This document shows positions 11,780 to 24,987 of a stretch of 53,717 nt of DNA, piece after piece. The stretch is from Chiloscyllium plagiosum. Lineage: Eukaryota. Numbering within the stretch: the first letter of the stretch is position 1; the number at the start of each line of letters is the position of its first letter. The stretch spans positions 34,253,318-34,307,034 of the forward strand of contig NC_057718.1 of the NCBI RefSeq assembly GCF_004010195.1, written 5' to 3'. Both the position numbers and the translations under genes were made by a program. The notes under the pieces were generated by a model. It did not search any database and was not told the origin of the DNA. It saw only the letters and a program-made list of their open reading frames with translations.

Positions 11780-13520
11780 AGGCAAAAGTGAGGGCTGAAG
11801 ATGCTGGAAACCAGAGTTTAGATCAGAGTGGTGCTGGAAAAGCACAGCAGTTCAGGCTGGAGTGCTGAGCTGGAAGGTTGGAACTGGGATAACATGGGGG
11901 GGAGGGGAAATGAGGAAAATGATGAAGTCCATATTGATGCCCTGTGGTTGAAGTGTTCCGAGGCAGAAGATGAGGCGTTCTTCCTCCAGGCGTCGGATAG
12001 TGAGGGAGTGGTGGGGGAGGAGGCCAGGACCTGCATATCCTTGGCAGAGTGGGAGGGGGAGCTGAAATGTTGGGCCATGGGGTGGTGGGGCTACTTGGTG
12101 CGGGTATCCCGGAGATGTTCTCTGAAGCGCTCTGCGAGGAGGTGTCCAGTCTCCCCAATGTAGAGGAAACAGCATCGGGAGCAACGGATACAATAAATGA
12201 CATTGGTGGATGTGCAGGTGAAACTTTGATGGATGTGGAAGACTCCTTTGGGGTCTTGGACGGTGGTGAGGGAGGAGGTGTGGGCGCAGGTTTTGCAATT
12301 CCTGTGGTGGCAGGGGAAGGTGCCAGGATGGGAGGGTGGTTTGTTGGGGGATGTGGACCTGACCAGGTAGTCACGGAGGGAACAGTCTTTGCGGAAAGCA
12401 GAAAGGGGTGGGGAGGGAAATATATCCCTGGTGGTGATCTGTTTGGAGGTGGCAGAAATGTCGACAGATGATGCGGTTACTGCGAAGGTTGGTAGGGTGG
12501 AAAGTGAGGACCAGGGGGGTTCTGTCCTTGTTACAGTTGGAAGGGTGGGGTTTGAGGGCGGAGGTGCAGGATGTGGATGAGATGCGTTGGAGGGCATCTT
12601 CAACCACATGAGAAGGGAAATTGCAATCTCTAAAGAAGGAAGCCATCTGGTGTGTTCTGTGGTGGAACTGGTCCTCCCGGGAGCAGATACGGTGGAGGCA
12701 GAGGAATTGGGAATACCGGATGGCATTTTTGCAGGAGGTAGGGTGGGAAGAGGTGTAATCCAGGTAGCTGTGGGAGTCGGTGGGTTTGTAAAAAGTATCA
12801 GTGTCAAGTTGGTCGTCATTAATTGAGATGGAGAGGTCCAGGAAGGGGAGGGAGGTGTCAGAGATGGTCCAGGTAAATTTAAGGTCAGGGTGGAATGTGT
12901 TGGTGAAGTTGATGAATTGCTCAACCTCCTCGCGGGAGCACAAGGTGGTGCCGATGCAGTCATCAATGTAGTGGAGGAAGAGGTGCGGACTGTTCTACAT
13001 CACCGACAAAGAGACAGGCATAGCTGGGGCCCATATGGGTGCCCATAGCTACCCCTTTGGTCTGGACGAAGTGGGAGGATTTGAAGGAGAAATTGTTGAG
13101 GGTGAGGACCAGTTCAGCCAAACGAATGGGAGTGTCAGTGGAAGGGTACTGTTGGGGACGTCGGGAGACCTGGCCATGGCGGATGGAGGTGTAGAGGGAT
13201 TGGATGTCCATGGTGAAGATGATGCGTTGGGGGATGGGGAAACGGAAGTCTTGGAGGAGGTGGAGGGTGTGGGTGGAGTCAACGTATGTGGGGAGTTCCT
13301 GGACTAGGGGGGATAGGACAGTATCGAGGTAGGTAGAGATGAGTTCAGTGGGTCAGGAGCATGCTGAGACAATGAGTCGGCCAGGGTGGTCAAGCTTGTG
13401 GATCTTGGGAAGGAGGTAGAACCGGGCAGTGCGGGGTTCCCAGACTATGAGGTTGGAAGCTGTGAGTGTGAGATCTCCTGAGGTGATGAGGTTCTGTATG
13501 GTCTGGGAGATGATGGTTTT
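11780..13520 (-). mobile_element. Penelope-like element, 5'-truncated (RT plus GIY-YIG endonuclease, frameshifted)
   Basis: MDIQSLYTSI, QTKGVAMGT, YIDD (about 12959-12970), LPFLDL, KPTDSHSYL, NVIYCIRC...YIGETG...RFREH. Confidence 0.95.
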
Positions 13521-13977
13521 TACCTTCTACCTATTTGTCCCAAGGAGGCATTCCAAGAGGGCATTTATTTAGAGCAGGTGAACAAGAGGATATTAATTTT
13601 GAGGGGAGATTGAGAGGGCATTTATTCAGAGTATGTGATAAAGAGGGTATTTTCTCAGTTGCTGGGGCTCTGTGACTGCAGCCTCTTTGATATGAGTCAG
13701 ATAGCAACACATTATGCAGCCCTGACAACTCAGATTCAAGCTCTGAAAATTACTCATACTGCATTAAGGGGAGAGTCATTCTGCACAGATTTTCTACCTA
13801 CTTCTTTTTTAATTAGTTGAAAGATAGCAGCATGACTCACTGGCATAGCGAGCTGGAAATCAAGCCCCAAAACTCCTGGAGTCATCAAAAATTTAAAAAT
13901 TGTATCAACATATGCAAAGTCCTCAATATTCACCTTGTGATTATGCCCAGATTAATAGAAAACATGAACCAGGTTTC

Positions 13978-14219
13978 TGTGTGAAGTGACTCCACAGAGG
14001 CCAGCATCCTGTCACCAAATCACCCTTTATTCACATGTGCAGAGTGTTTGACACTGGTCCGGCTTCCTCAGAGGCAGCTCTCAGTGACTTGGACCAGGTT
14101 CACAGCCCCAATCAGGGAACTCATATTCTATGAGGTTCACCTGGCTGACCTTGTTGCAATCATTAAATCCCCTCCCCCAAAGTCTGGGCACATAGGTCTA
14201 TTCTTTTTCTTGTAGCCTC
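13978..14219 (-). mobile_element. LTR retrotransposon remnant (short LTR plus polypurine tract, truncated)
   Basis: TGT start, reverse polyA signal ctttatt, and tcccctccccc at about 14168-14178 (minus-strand PPT) next to the LTR end. Confidence 0.5.
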
Positions 14220-14350
14220 TCTTTATCTCTCCACCCTGGAGGCTTCCTGCCTCTATTCCTGATGAAAGGCTTTTGCCCGAAACGTCAATTTTCCTGCTCC
14301 TCGGTTGCTACCTGACTTGTTGTGCTTTTCCAGCACCACTCTGATCTAAA
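14220..14350 (+). mobile_element. Penelope terminal segment with hammerhead core, inverted relative to 11780-13520
   Basis: cctgatgaaaggcttttgcccgaaacgtc followed by gtgcttttccagcaccactctgatctaaac. Confidence 0.85.
14259..14286 (+). ncRNA. Minimal hammerhead ribozyme motif (PLE-associated)
   Basis: CUGAUGA, stem II ggc-uuuu-gcc, GAAA, CGUC. Confidence 0.7.
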
Positions 14351-14394
14351 CAATCTAGAATATGTGGACTGAAATATTCCAGAAGATGTGTTAC

Positions 14395-14570
14395 TTCATT
14401 CTTTCCTGGATGTGAGTGTCACTGGCAGGACTAGCATTTGTTGCTCATACTGAATTGCCCTAGAACCACTTTCTTGAACTACTACCATCCATGCGCTTTC
14501 AGGGAGGGAGTTCTATCTTTATGATGCAGCAAGAGTGAAAGACCAGTGAGCTAGTTCCAAGTCAGGATTT
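14395..14570 (-). mobile_element. Old CR1/L2-group 3' fragment
   Basis: gatgtgagtgtcactggcaggactagcatttgttgctcat...ttcttgaac, same family as 670-1135. Confidence 0.6.
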
Positions 14571-14586
14571 AAAATTTTTTTTAAAA

Positions 14587-14830
14587 ATTAGACTCACTAC
14601 GGTATGGAAACAGGCCCTTTGGTCCAACAAGTCCACACTGGCCCTCTGAAGAGTAACCCACCCAGACCTATTTCCTTACCCTATATTTACCCCTGACTAA
14701 TGCACCTAACACTATGGGCAATTCAGCATGGCCAATTCACCTGACCAGCACATTGTTGGATTGTGGGAGGAAACTGGAGCACCTGGAGGAAAGCCACGCA
14801 GACATGGGGAGAACGTGCAAATTCCATACA
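14587..14830 (-). mobile_element. HE1-type SINE, 5'-truncated
   Basis: tggaaacaggccctttggtccaacaagtccacac...gggagaacgtgcaaattcca. Confidence 0.88.
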
Positions 14831-15789
14831 GGATGATGTGTGGCTTGGAGCTGAATCTGCAGAGAGATGGTGTTCTCATGTAACTGCTGCCCTTGTCATA
14901 TTCTCTATTTGATAGAATATTTCCATTATTATGGCAGTGGTTGGGAAAGCTAATAGGTCTGGATATTAATGCCCTGCCTGCAGTGATTGGGAGACAGTCA
15001 GGCAGGGGATGATGGTAAGTGGTTAACAAGTATAATACTAAGTAGCTGAGTCTTACTCATTTGGGGTCATGTTTGGCTCAACATCATGGCTGAAGGGCCT
15101 GTTCCTGTGCTATACAGTTCTATGTTCTACCCGCGTAACCATTTAAAGGTGGTTTATATTAGCATATTTATACTACCAAATTATACTTATGACAAATGTA
15201 TGTGAATAGATGTTACTTCTATTAAGACAGCACATTCATCATTTACAAAGCTGGACAGGGCATGCATCATTCATAGGACAACATGATTTCCAAGAGTTTG
15301 AAATAGAAATACCAAAGTCAGCAACAGAACATTACATCAACACAATTTCCAGCCTAAACAGAGAGACATTAGTTTTATGAATATTCGATGATGCCTATCG
15401 ACGTATTGGATGAATCATTGTCCAGACTGTAAAATACTATTATAGTGGAAAAGTGCATGGAATTAAAATTGTTTCAGTTATCATCACTTAGGTTCCTGGA
15501 AGACCAGATTTCTTCTGTTTCTTTTCAGCAGCTTTGGTGGGTGTCCTCACTGAGGTAGGAATTGCTGAGAGCTGCAATCACACCAATTAATAATCATGGC
15601 ACAGGTGGATAAAGAGAATGCAACAGCAGTCCCATCGGAGGGGAAGAAGGAGAAATAATGGAGGAAACAAAATTGCAGGAAGAAGATTGGGTGCAGGGAG
15701 CACTGAGTTAATTCCTAGCTCAAAGTTCTGACACTAAAGGAACATTACTGAGACATTTTGAGGGTGTTATTTAAATGCAGATTACATAC

Positions 15790-16640
15790 GAACAACAAAA
15801 ACGAGAAGGCCATTCTGCCCCTCTGGTCTGCACTATCATTTAATACGCTCTTAGCTAAATTGATTGTAACCATAAATCCACATTCCTTTCTAATCCCCGG
15901 CGATATTTCACCCCCTTCCTTACCAAGAATCTATTCTCCTCTGCCTTAAAATATTAAAGTTAAAAATCACACACCAGGTTATACGCCAACAAGTTAATTT
16001 GGGAAGTACTAGCTTTTGTAGCTACCTGATGAAGGAGCAGTGCTCCAAAAGCTCATATGTCCAAATAAACCTATTGGATCGTAACCTGGTGTTTGTGAGA
16101 TCTTTAACTTTGTCCACCCCTGTCCAAAACTGACATTTCTATATCATGGTTAAAATATTAAAAGATTATACTTTCATCACCTTTCTGGTACGTGGGTTCA
16201 AAAGATTCACATAATCTCTAAGAGAAGAAACTTGCTGCATCTGTAACTTCTGTGACTTGTTTTTAAAATAAAAACATAAGAAGCAGGAACAACAGTGGAC
16301 TTGATCATCTTTTTGAGTCTGTTCTGCCATTCAGTAAGATCAAGGCTGATTTGATATGACCTAACCTCCAATTTGCTACCTGCCCTTCAGAACTCATGAC
16401 TCCCTTGTAGATCTGAAATCTGTCTAATTCAGCCTTCAACATATTCCGTGGTGCAGCCCAATCTCCAGGTGGGGAATTCTTTCTTTGGAGAGAAGAAATT
16501 CCTCTTCATCTCCAATTTAAATTGGAAACCCTTGTTTACCAAAATGACACTTTTAGAGCCCATCATGAGGAAAACATATTGTCAGTAGCTAGCCTCTATA
16601 AATATTATAAGTGAGTCAATTCTCCCCATAATTTCCTCAG
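15790..16640 (-). mobile_element. Cluster of old CR1 3' fragments with a nested Penelope palindrome
   Basis: Two ggccattc/ctgccattca...atcaaggctgat-type tails starting at about 15790 and 16275. Confidence 0.6.
15959..16149. mobile_element. Inverted-repeat Penelope terminal insertion (second PLE family)
   Basis: Left arm aaaaatcacacaccaggttat... is the reverse complement of right arm ...aacctggtgtttgtgagatctttaac; degenerate hammerhead ctgatgaaggagcagtgctccaaaa; ttaaaatattaaa duplicated at 15946-15958 and 16150-16162. Confidence 0.75.
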
Positions 16641-18283
16641 TCTCTTTGCAACTTCTGCCAAATATTGTTTTTGAAATGCAGTAAGAGCAAAGAGCTTGCT
16701 GTTGACAAATATGAAGCAACTAATTGGATCTTACATCCTTCTGCAACAGACAGAACAAAGGACTCCATGCAATGCAGAACTTCTAGCAAACAGGAAGGAT
16801 CATCCTTCAGACTGGTTTACCTTACACTCTGCTGATCTTATCGGTCACACAGCACTACAGCACTTATGTTGCAACATTTATCTTGCAGAATAAGAAATGA
16901 CTTATGAATTAAAATTGTAAAGGTTGCGTGAAAATATTTGGTGTGTTTTAGTTTTAGTGCTATCATACGTTTCATTATCTCAAGTTGAAAAGCAACAGTT
17001 CTGAGCTTGGTCACAGTCTCTCTCTTTTATCATTAGTTCCAGTTAATTGTAAAGTGATTGACAGTCTCTATCTTATTCTCTTGAACTAGATATGAACTCA
17101 GACCTCCAATGATTAGAAAGTACTGACTTACAGTACCATGTGGAGCCTCCAATTTTGAATCAAATAACTGAAGGCTAGTTTGGTCTTCACCATAATCTGG
17201 TTTCAATCAACTATAGACAGCAACTGCTGTGCAAGAACCTGACATGCATTTAGTGGTAGCAGAATCAGACATGGCAAACAGAGCAGGAAGGTTTCTTTCA
17301 TCCTTACTGGGGCAGAAAGCACTAATACAGGCACCAATAACCACAGGCTCACTTTTGGTTTTTTGCTATCTACCACTGTGACGTCAATCAGATCAAATCT
17401 TGCAATCTCACAGATAAAGGAGGAAGAGCTTCAAGCTGTTACAGCTTGGTGATTGAAACCTGGTGATACCACCTCCTTCTGCTTAAAAGTACAAAAGTAA
17501 GAGACCGGTGAAACTTGTAATTGCAAATCTACATTCCTTTTAGATTTGAAAATTACTTTTGTTAGGAGATAACTTTCCACTGTATATCTTTATTTTCTGA
17601 CTTCCATTTGCTTCAGGCTGTACTCTAACTTTAAGCAAAAAAGATCTCAGGTCCAGGTTATTTTGCCTCAGCTGTGCATCACCTGTTTAACTCCAGCCTA
17701 GAACAAATGGGAACAGGCTATGGAGTGACCACCAACAGGAAAATGTGGGAATAGGAACAGCTGCCTGTAATCTTCCAGGTAAATTGTTAGGCATGGGTCT
17801 GAAAGGGTTAATACTTGATTGACTGCAATAGGCACTACCCACTGTGATTATGTCATGTAGACTTGGTGAGAGAGTAAAGTAGGATCTCATAAGAGATACA
17901 TCTAAGACCAGGTTCTCAGTCTTTTGTTCTAATTTAGAGCTATGCTTGTAACCTGTAAATATGTGCAGAGAAAGATTAAACTTCACCTTGTTTACTCCAT
18001 AAGACTATTTTCATTAGACTAGAAGGTGGCTACCTTCACACACACACACTAGACCACATAAACCCCTAAAGAACCCATGCCCTTAGAAGATCTGGATGGC
18101 TGTACACACAACATAAATGTAATTGTCAATCCTTGTCCAATAGTGAAACCTTCTCAACTGCATGAAATATGTCTTCCCCCTTCGACTTGGCAGGAAAACC
18201 ACAGTAGCTTCCATGTGAGGCCCCAATTAAAATGGTCTTGGGGACCCAATTGACATTATCAACCCCCAATTAACATTATCACA

Positions 18284-18610
18284 TTAGAAGGGTCTTTTTG
18301 GGACTATGGTGATGGTGTGGTAGTGTCCTGGCTGCTAAGCTGATAGTTCCCTGGTTGAAGTCCCACTTGCTCCAGAAGTGTGTAATGTCTTGAAAAGGTT
18401 GATTAGAAACTATTTAGAAGTGTCTCTTGTGGAACATTGGAAGTGTCCCTACCTTTGAGGCCTGGGTTCAACCCTGTTTCAGAGGTGTGTAATAACTATG
18501 CGACACATATTAATTCGGAAATTATCCTTCATGTGCTAGATTTGCAAACTTTGGAGCCAGCTCCACATGTGTGTTGTAACATGCCTGAAGAAGTTGGTTA
18601 AAATATCTAG
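18284..18610 (+). repeat. Degenerate tandem copies of a short (about 120 bp) tRNA-like element
   Basis: Two units start ttagaag.gtct.tt and contain agtgtcc, ggtt(g/c)aa and cc/tcaga.gtgtgtaat; a third unit is partial. Confidence 0.45.
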
Positions 18611-20879
18611 ACTCCCAAACCAACTGCACTGATGCCCATCACCTTTTCTCCAAAACCAATAGCAGTAAAGTCAGAGAATGATGGGGGTGGAGTGGAAAAT
18701 ATAGCCACCCCATTTTAATTGCTAGTGTATTCTATTCTCATCCAATGTGAACATCCAACCCCCACTCGAGGGCTTAATTAACAAAAAGGCTTTGTAACTC
18801 CAAACATGGACAGCCTGGTGGTCTAGTTCGACACATAATCCATAAAAATCAATGCCTACTTATGGTGGCTTCCTCAAGGCTTTTGTTTCATGCCAATTAA
18901 CTGCATGGTGTTTACTTTGAAAGGCAAGAGAAACTAGAAATGGGGTTCCTGAGATATTTTCTTCATCCTTGGCGAATGACACATGCTAAAAACCAACTTA
19001 TTGGAGTCAGAGTGACCAACTGCATGATTGTTGAGTGTACACTTGAGAATTGGGAACATCATCTCACATGCTAAAATATATTTGGAGTGCATGACAGGGC
19101 AACATTCACAAACTTCAAGATCAGTACTGTTTGTTCTATACTCTTTGATGTTGCTGTAGAAAGAGCCCATATCATTGAGAAAGAAGAAGACAATTCAGAA
19201 ACAACTCCAGATAATTAGGATATAACTTCTTAAATGCCAAACAGTTAGAAAGACTGCTGCATCGTACACTCAAACAAGATAAATTTAACTGATTGCCTGA
19301 AATAGCCTTTAAAGAATTCAGTTCAAATTCATGAAATGAAGTGAGCAAACCTCATTAGTAATAAGATATTCTGCATTTTCTCTATTACCATCAACTCTTG
19401 GAACTTCTACCTCATTCTAAAAAGTCAGACAATTTGTTAGTCTGCAGAAAAAAATACCTCTTCAGCTAATTATGCCCATTTTACAGGCTGTGCATATGTA
19501 TGCTGATGCTATTTGTGAGTGAGTTGCAGTTTACTAATGGATCTTGGTTGCACATTAGTCAATTGGTTCAGGTTGACAAAAACTAGAGAGATCAACAAAA
19601 TGTTGCCTTGAAGAAGCAACTTCAAGGAAGGATTTCACTGCAATATACTGCACGAGGAGAGTCACCCTTGGATTGGGACAGTGATGTTATTGAAATTGAA
19701 ATAACTCTTGTTTTCAACATGATGGTGTGGACCTTGACCTTCAGGAACCATTTAGCTTCATAACCGTGTACTACACTCCCTATGTTATCACTGCCCAGTG
19801 AAGGTGCTTCTTCAAATGATGTCAATGGCACATAGTTCCAGGGATCTTACTCCATATCCTCCCCGGTTTGCCCTTTGTAATGCATTACCTTATTCTACAA
19901 ACTGGTAAGTGCTTCTAGTTTAGGTAGTGCAGACTTTCATACACAGCTATGTAGGCCATTCTGTCTGAATGACTGAACAAGTAGGCATCATTGGCTGGCA
20001 TAGAAGAATTTCCTGTCTGAAATTTAAGATTTTTGGGTGTCTGTAGTTTGATTTATGCAGTTGCAATTTGTCTATGGTGTGCATCTGGTGGCCTCTTTAC
20101 CGTGGCTCTACCCCACAAGATAAGCCTCTATCAATGATTCTAATGATTCAGCACAAAATGATTTATACTTTCTAGCCTGGTGACGTGGAGCAGGTGTTCC
20201 TCATGCTAAACTGTACTTGAGATTTACTTGAGTTGCTTTCTTGAGGTCAGCCATCTGTTTCCTCCTATCAGACCAAGTTCACTTTGTTCGGCAGATTGTG
20301 TTCACTCTGCTTTTTTTTCCAATCCTACATGGATAAACGCTCCTGGGGAGGAGGCCTTCCGACAAACCTGATCTCCTGTTTCTCACATTTTTGTTGAATC
20401 AGGTTTCCTGTGTTTGTTCTTTCTCTTGTGAATTTTGGACGCTTGGATTTTGTGTCGGTGTCACAGAATAAACAGCAGATGCGATCATCCCTGCACAAGT
20501 TTAAATGCCTATTTGAAAGCACATAATAGCTGATCAGTGTTCTCATGATTTCTTGCACTTCATTGGTGGGGTTATTGTACTTGTGTTTAGAACTGGCCTT
20601 CTTATACAGCCACTAAAAAACAAAGTAACCTACAGTTAGAACCTGAGCAGAAATAAAAGTAATAGTTAGGCCTTGTTTTCTGCATCTTATGCACTAGGAA
20701 GCTTATATAACTAATATTTGTTTTTTAATGAGAATTTACAGGTCCAATATTGATTTGCATTGCCTTGAGATAATTCTTCATATATTATAACAGACTTTGA
20801 TTTGAGGTAACCACTTTAGAAGATTTGCGATTACTTCTTAAAATTAGTTTTAATTAAGATGTGACACAGTGTATGTATG

Positions 20880-21171
20880 TTAGATTCCCTACAGTATAGA
20901 AACAGGCCATTTGGCCCAACAAGTCCACACCAACCCTCCAAAGAGTAATCCACTCAGACCCATTCCCCTACCCTATATTTACCCCTAACTATGGGAAATG
21001 TAGCATGGCCAATTCACCTGACCTGCACATCTTTGGATTGTAGGAGGAAACCCACACAGACTTGGAGAGAACGTGTAAATTCCACACAGACAGTCGCCCA
21101 AGGTGGGAATTGAACCCAGATCCCTGGTGCTGTGAGACAGCAGTGCTAACCACTGAACCACCATGCTGCCC
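20880..21171 (-). mobile_element. HE1-type SINE
   Basis: Full head-to-tail match to the other copies. Confidence 0.92.
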
Positions 21172-21752
21172 TAATGAGACATATCAGCACAACCTGTCAC
21201 TCGCACCAGTTCGACAGGTTGCAGCTGGAATGAAAATCAAACATTTGTCCTCCCTTTCTGAACTAAGATTTTTGTACCTCACCTGCCCCATTCCCCTCTT
21301 CCTAAGAACTTCCTTCTCAAAATTTAAGACACTAGGCTGATCTTGCAACCAAGATCTTCCGTGTATGGAATGTTTGGAAATAGCTTTGAGTTCTCCAGTG
21401 TTTGGCTAATAATGTTCTGCAAGGTTGTCAATGGACACAATCTATTATTCCGCTCAAGAAGTTATCTTCAAGAATGGAACAGCATGTGTCACCAACTTAA
21501 AAGCAGTGGGAAGCTGCCTGCCATCGACTGTTCTGTTTCCTTCATGTTCTCAAATGGTGTGTCTGTAGGAATCATTCTAACTGGTGTGATTATATTAATG
21601 TTAACATTAATGTTAATTAGCATTGTGAATTGTATGAGCAGGAGCAAGATTTTATACTTCCCACAGAGAAGGGAATACAACGTAGTGTGATGCTTTGCTA
21701 ATTTCCCATCAGTACCTGAGCCAACCCAAATTTCATGCATGACATGATGGCA

Positions 21753-22058
21753 TAGATTAGATTACTTACAGTGTGGAAACGGGCCCTTCAGCCCAACAAG
21801 TCCACACCAACCCTCCGAAGAGCAATCCACCCAGACCCATTCCCAAACATTTACCCCTTCACCTGACACTACGGGCAATTTAGCATGGCCAATTCACCTA
21901 ACCTGCACATCTTTGGGCTGCGAGAGGAAACCGGAGCACCCGAAGGAAACCCACGCAGACATGGCAAGAATGTGCAAACTCCACATAGACAGTTGCCCGA
22001 GGCGGTAATTGAACCCAGGTCTCTGGCGCTGTGAGGCAGCAGTGCTAACCACTGCGCC
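21753..22058 (-). mobile_element. HE1-type SINE
   Basis: tagattagattacttacagtgtggaaac...gcagtgctaaccactgcgcc. Confidence 0.92.
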
Positions 22059-24987
22059 CACTCACCTTTAGGCCAATTGAGGCTCCGGTAACAGCCACTT
22101 AAGGGTCTCCGCTAACCCACCTGCAATTTCTTCACAAGGTGAGTGAAAGGTAGAACCAGGTGTGAAATCAGCCAGGTCCTACTCCTGGAGCAATAGGTGG
22201 GAAGGAAATGGCACTTCCTTTATTGCCAATCTAGGCATCGAAATGCACCCCAATGATTTCCACTATTCCATCCACTCCCAGGATCCTTTGCCTCTCTCTA
22301 CTGGACAATTCGACCCTGGCCCTATCGAAAAATCCCCAACACATCTCTCCATCAATGGCTAGTGATTTCCTTCACTGGGGCCGGATGCAGAACTTCCTCC
22401 TCAGTTGGTGGCAGTAGCTTTACCCCAAGCCATGCAATGCTCCTCTTGAGTGTCAAATGTGGGGCAGCTTGTCAGAGTAGGGGAAGATAATCCATTGACA
22501 TTGTCAGCCCTGGCAACCATTAAATCCTGTCTAAGGATTTAAACTGCTTCTGTCATAAGTTTAAAAGTTCTGCAAGATAAACAAAATTCAATTTCAAAAA
22601 ATGCCATTAATCCTAAATGAGACCAACTTAGAAAATATTTCTGTCCTTCAACAAATAATACAATCAATTTATCTTTTTAACATCACCAACGAATGAAATA
22701 TCTCAAACCCAGTCCAGGGACTGGACCCACTCTCCTACATTGTCTGCCCAGGGGTCACATGCAATTGACAACATGACAACCGAATCACAGCATGCAAATC
22801 CAACTTCTTTCAGATTTGCAAATGCTTAGGCAATTTTTGTCAGAAGCCATAAAATCAATTTCCATTTATACAACTAGGCTACTGGACCATTGCTGGCATC
22901 AGGCAATTATCTTCTTTCTGTAAATTGGAAATAATTGATGAAGTTTTAAACAACTTGTAGACCTAACTACAAACCTACTGTTAATTTTAGGCAATTTGCT
23001 CTGTGTAATGCCTGGAAAACATATGGCACTTTTCATAGCATCTTCTTTTTTCCACCTGTAGAAAAATTCCAGCTAAATAAAAACTTTGCATCTGCAAGTG
23101 AATCCTTATGTGAGGACAATTTTTATAACTAAAAACACAGATTCTCCATCTTTCTGTATTGAGTGTTGTCACAGCAATTTACATTAACCATTATATTAAT
23201 GTACTGTCCTGTCATAAATTATTGTAAAAGGAAATATGATTATGCAAGCTACACAATGTAACTCCACAACCTCTTATTTGCAGCATTTATTCAGATTTAT
23301 ACTCAGAGCTAGTCCCCTTTCGCTTCAGCACTTTTTCATTTGTCACCCTCTAACAGAGTCAACAACTCCAGTAACCTTCATTTTGGTTTTTTGACTTCAC
23401 CCTGTCAAATATTTGCAGGAAAAGCAATTGGAACAAACTTAGTGTCAAATTATATAAGGGCACTGTTTAGGGACTTGTATCTGTCTATAATTTCTAACTC
23501 TGTTGATGGAATTTCCAATATGGCTACTAAGGAAAATACAATTTCAATAGAATTCACACAACAGCCTGTATGTGAAAAGGAAGTGGTGGCCGAAATCCAA
23601 TCTTCAGTGGTGATGACCTAATGAAACATTGTCCGGTTTGATACACAGGGAACAGTTAATTGCTGAAACCGCAGGGACACAGTGGAAAATGGCTGTCAGC
23701 ATCAAATGTGTGGAGCTTACAATGGTGCCAAATTAAAGAAAAAGGAAATTGCCATTCCTGCAGAGATTAGCCGACAGGCTCTGAAAGCAATCAACGTGTA
23801 GAAAAGCTGCATTAATCGCGCTCGAATCAGCCAATGCCTCAAAAAGGGTTAAACTGTATCCATGGATTCCTGGTAAAGTTTGTTTCAGTGTTGTGGGTAA
23901 CCAAGGGATGGCTGCACGGAGTGTAACTCTGTGGATGAAAAACAATGAGAAGGGTCATGGACAATTCACTAGGTTTGGGGAAGACAGCATGCAGTGGAAA
24001 TTTGCAGAGAAATATAGTGTACAGATATGTGGCACAGTTGAAGGAGAAAAACAATGTGTGCTTCCTTAGTACGTGTACGCGGCCAGGAGATTAGGGGCTC
24101 AGTTCGGGCAAATACAATCTGCACATTTTCCTGTCATGCAAAATACACATCGTGCATTAAGTTCAGAGGGATTTTTGTTTTCTACACAAGGGCCAAGATC
24201 ACAGTGCATTTTGTGAGCCATATGGGGTGCATTGTATGAATGTGGACCAGTTGAAAGCCCACCTCGGTTCTCCAACATACAGCTCTCAGTATAGTGTAAA
24301 AGCCCCCTAACCTTCAATCCTCACTAGTCTCACCATCTTACCCACCTGAATACCATCCCATGTCCCCTCACACTCCACATATGTCACCTCAATGTCTGCT
24401 CATCAGTCCTCCATAATGACTCAGCGAATGTGCACTATGCAATCTCAGGATCCATGCAATATCAATAGGAATTATTGAAAAACACTTAAAAAACTATTAA
24501 ACCTCAAAAAACCTAAGAAAACTCTAAAATTAATTTACTATCATTGATACTGGACCAAGAAACCCAAGGAAAATAAGTTGTAATCCTTTAAGTGCCTATG
24601 AGCTTTGTAAAGAAAGAATCACATCCAAAGTCTGGGTGAGGCCTGGCTCCATGTCGTTTATTCACGGCAAGACTCAGCATCACCAGTACCAGGGTGGGAT
24701 GCCAAATGACTGTGATTATTGCTCGTTAGCACAACTCATTTCATTAATATCCAGCCTTCCATTTTACCAAACTCATCAAGCAACCTCCAACATCGGGAAA
24801 ACTCATCAAGCAAACCAGAGCAAAAATCTGATGGATCCAGTTCACACTTGCTCCAAAAGACCTCTACGTTGGAAATCAGGTATTAACATCTTGGGGCACA
24901 CTCCAGGGGCACCAGCCACATATACCCACATGCATGGAAATTGACATTCAACATGTGTCAGCCTCTAAGAACCCTTGTGATACATAC

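Noticed and set aside
11823..12471. Overlapping Pro- and Gly-rich ORFs
   Set aside because: Alternative or antisense frames of the C-rich Penelope element.
17373..17482. Minus-strand segment with good acceptor and donor motifs
   Set aside because: Stops in all three frames; one frame has a single TGA, but there is no evidence for readthrough or selenocysteine.
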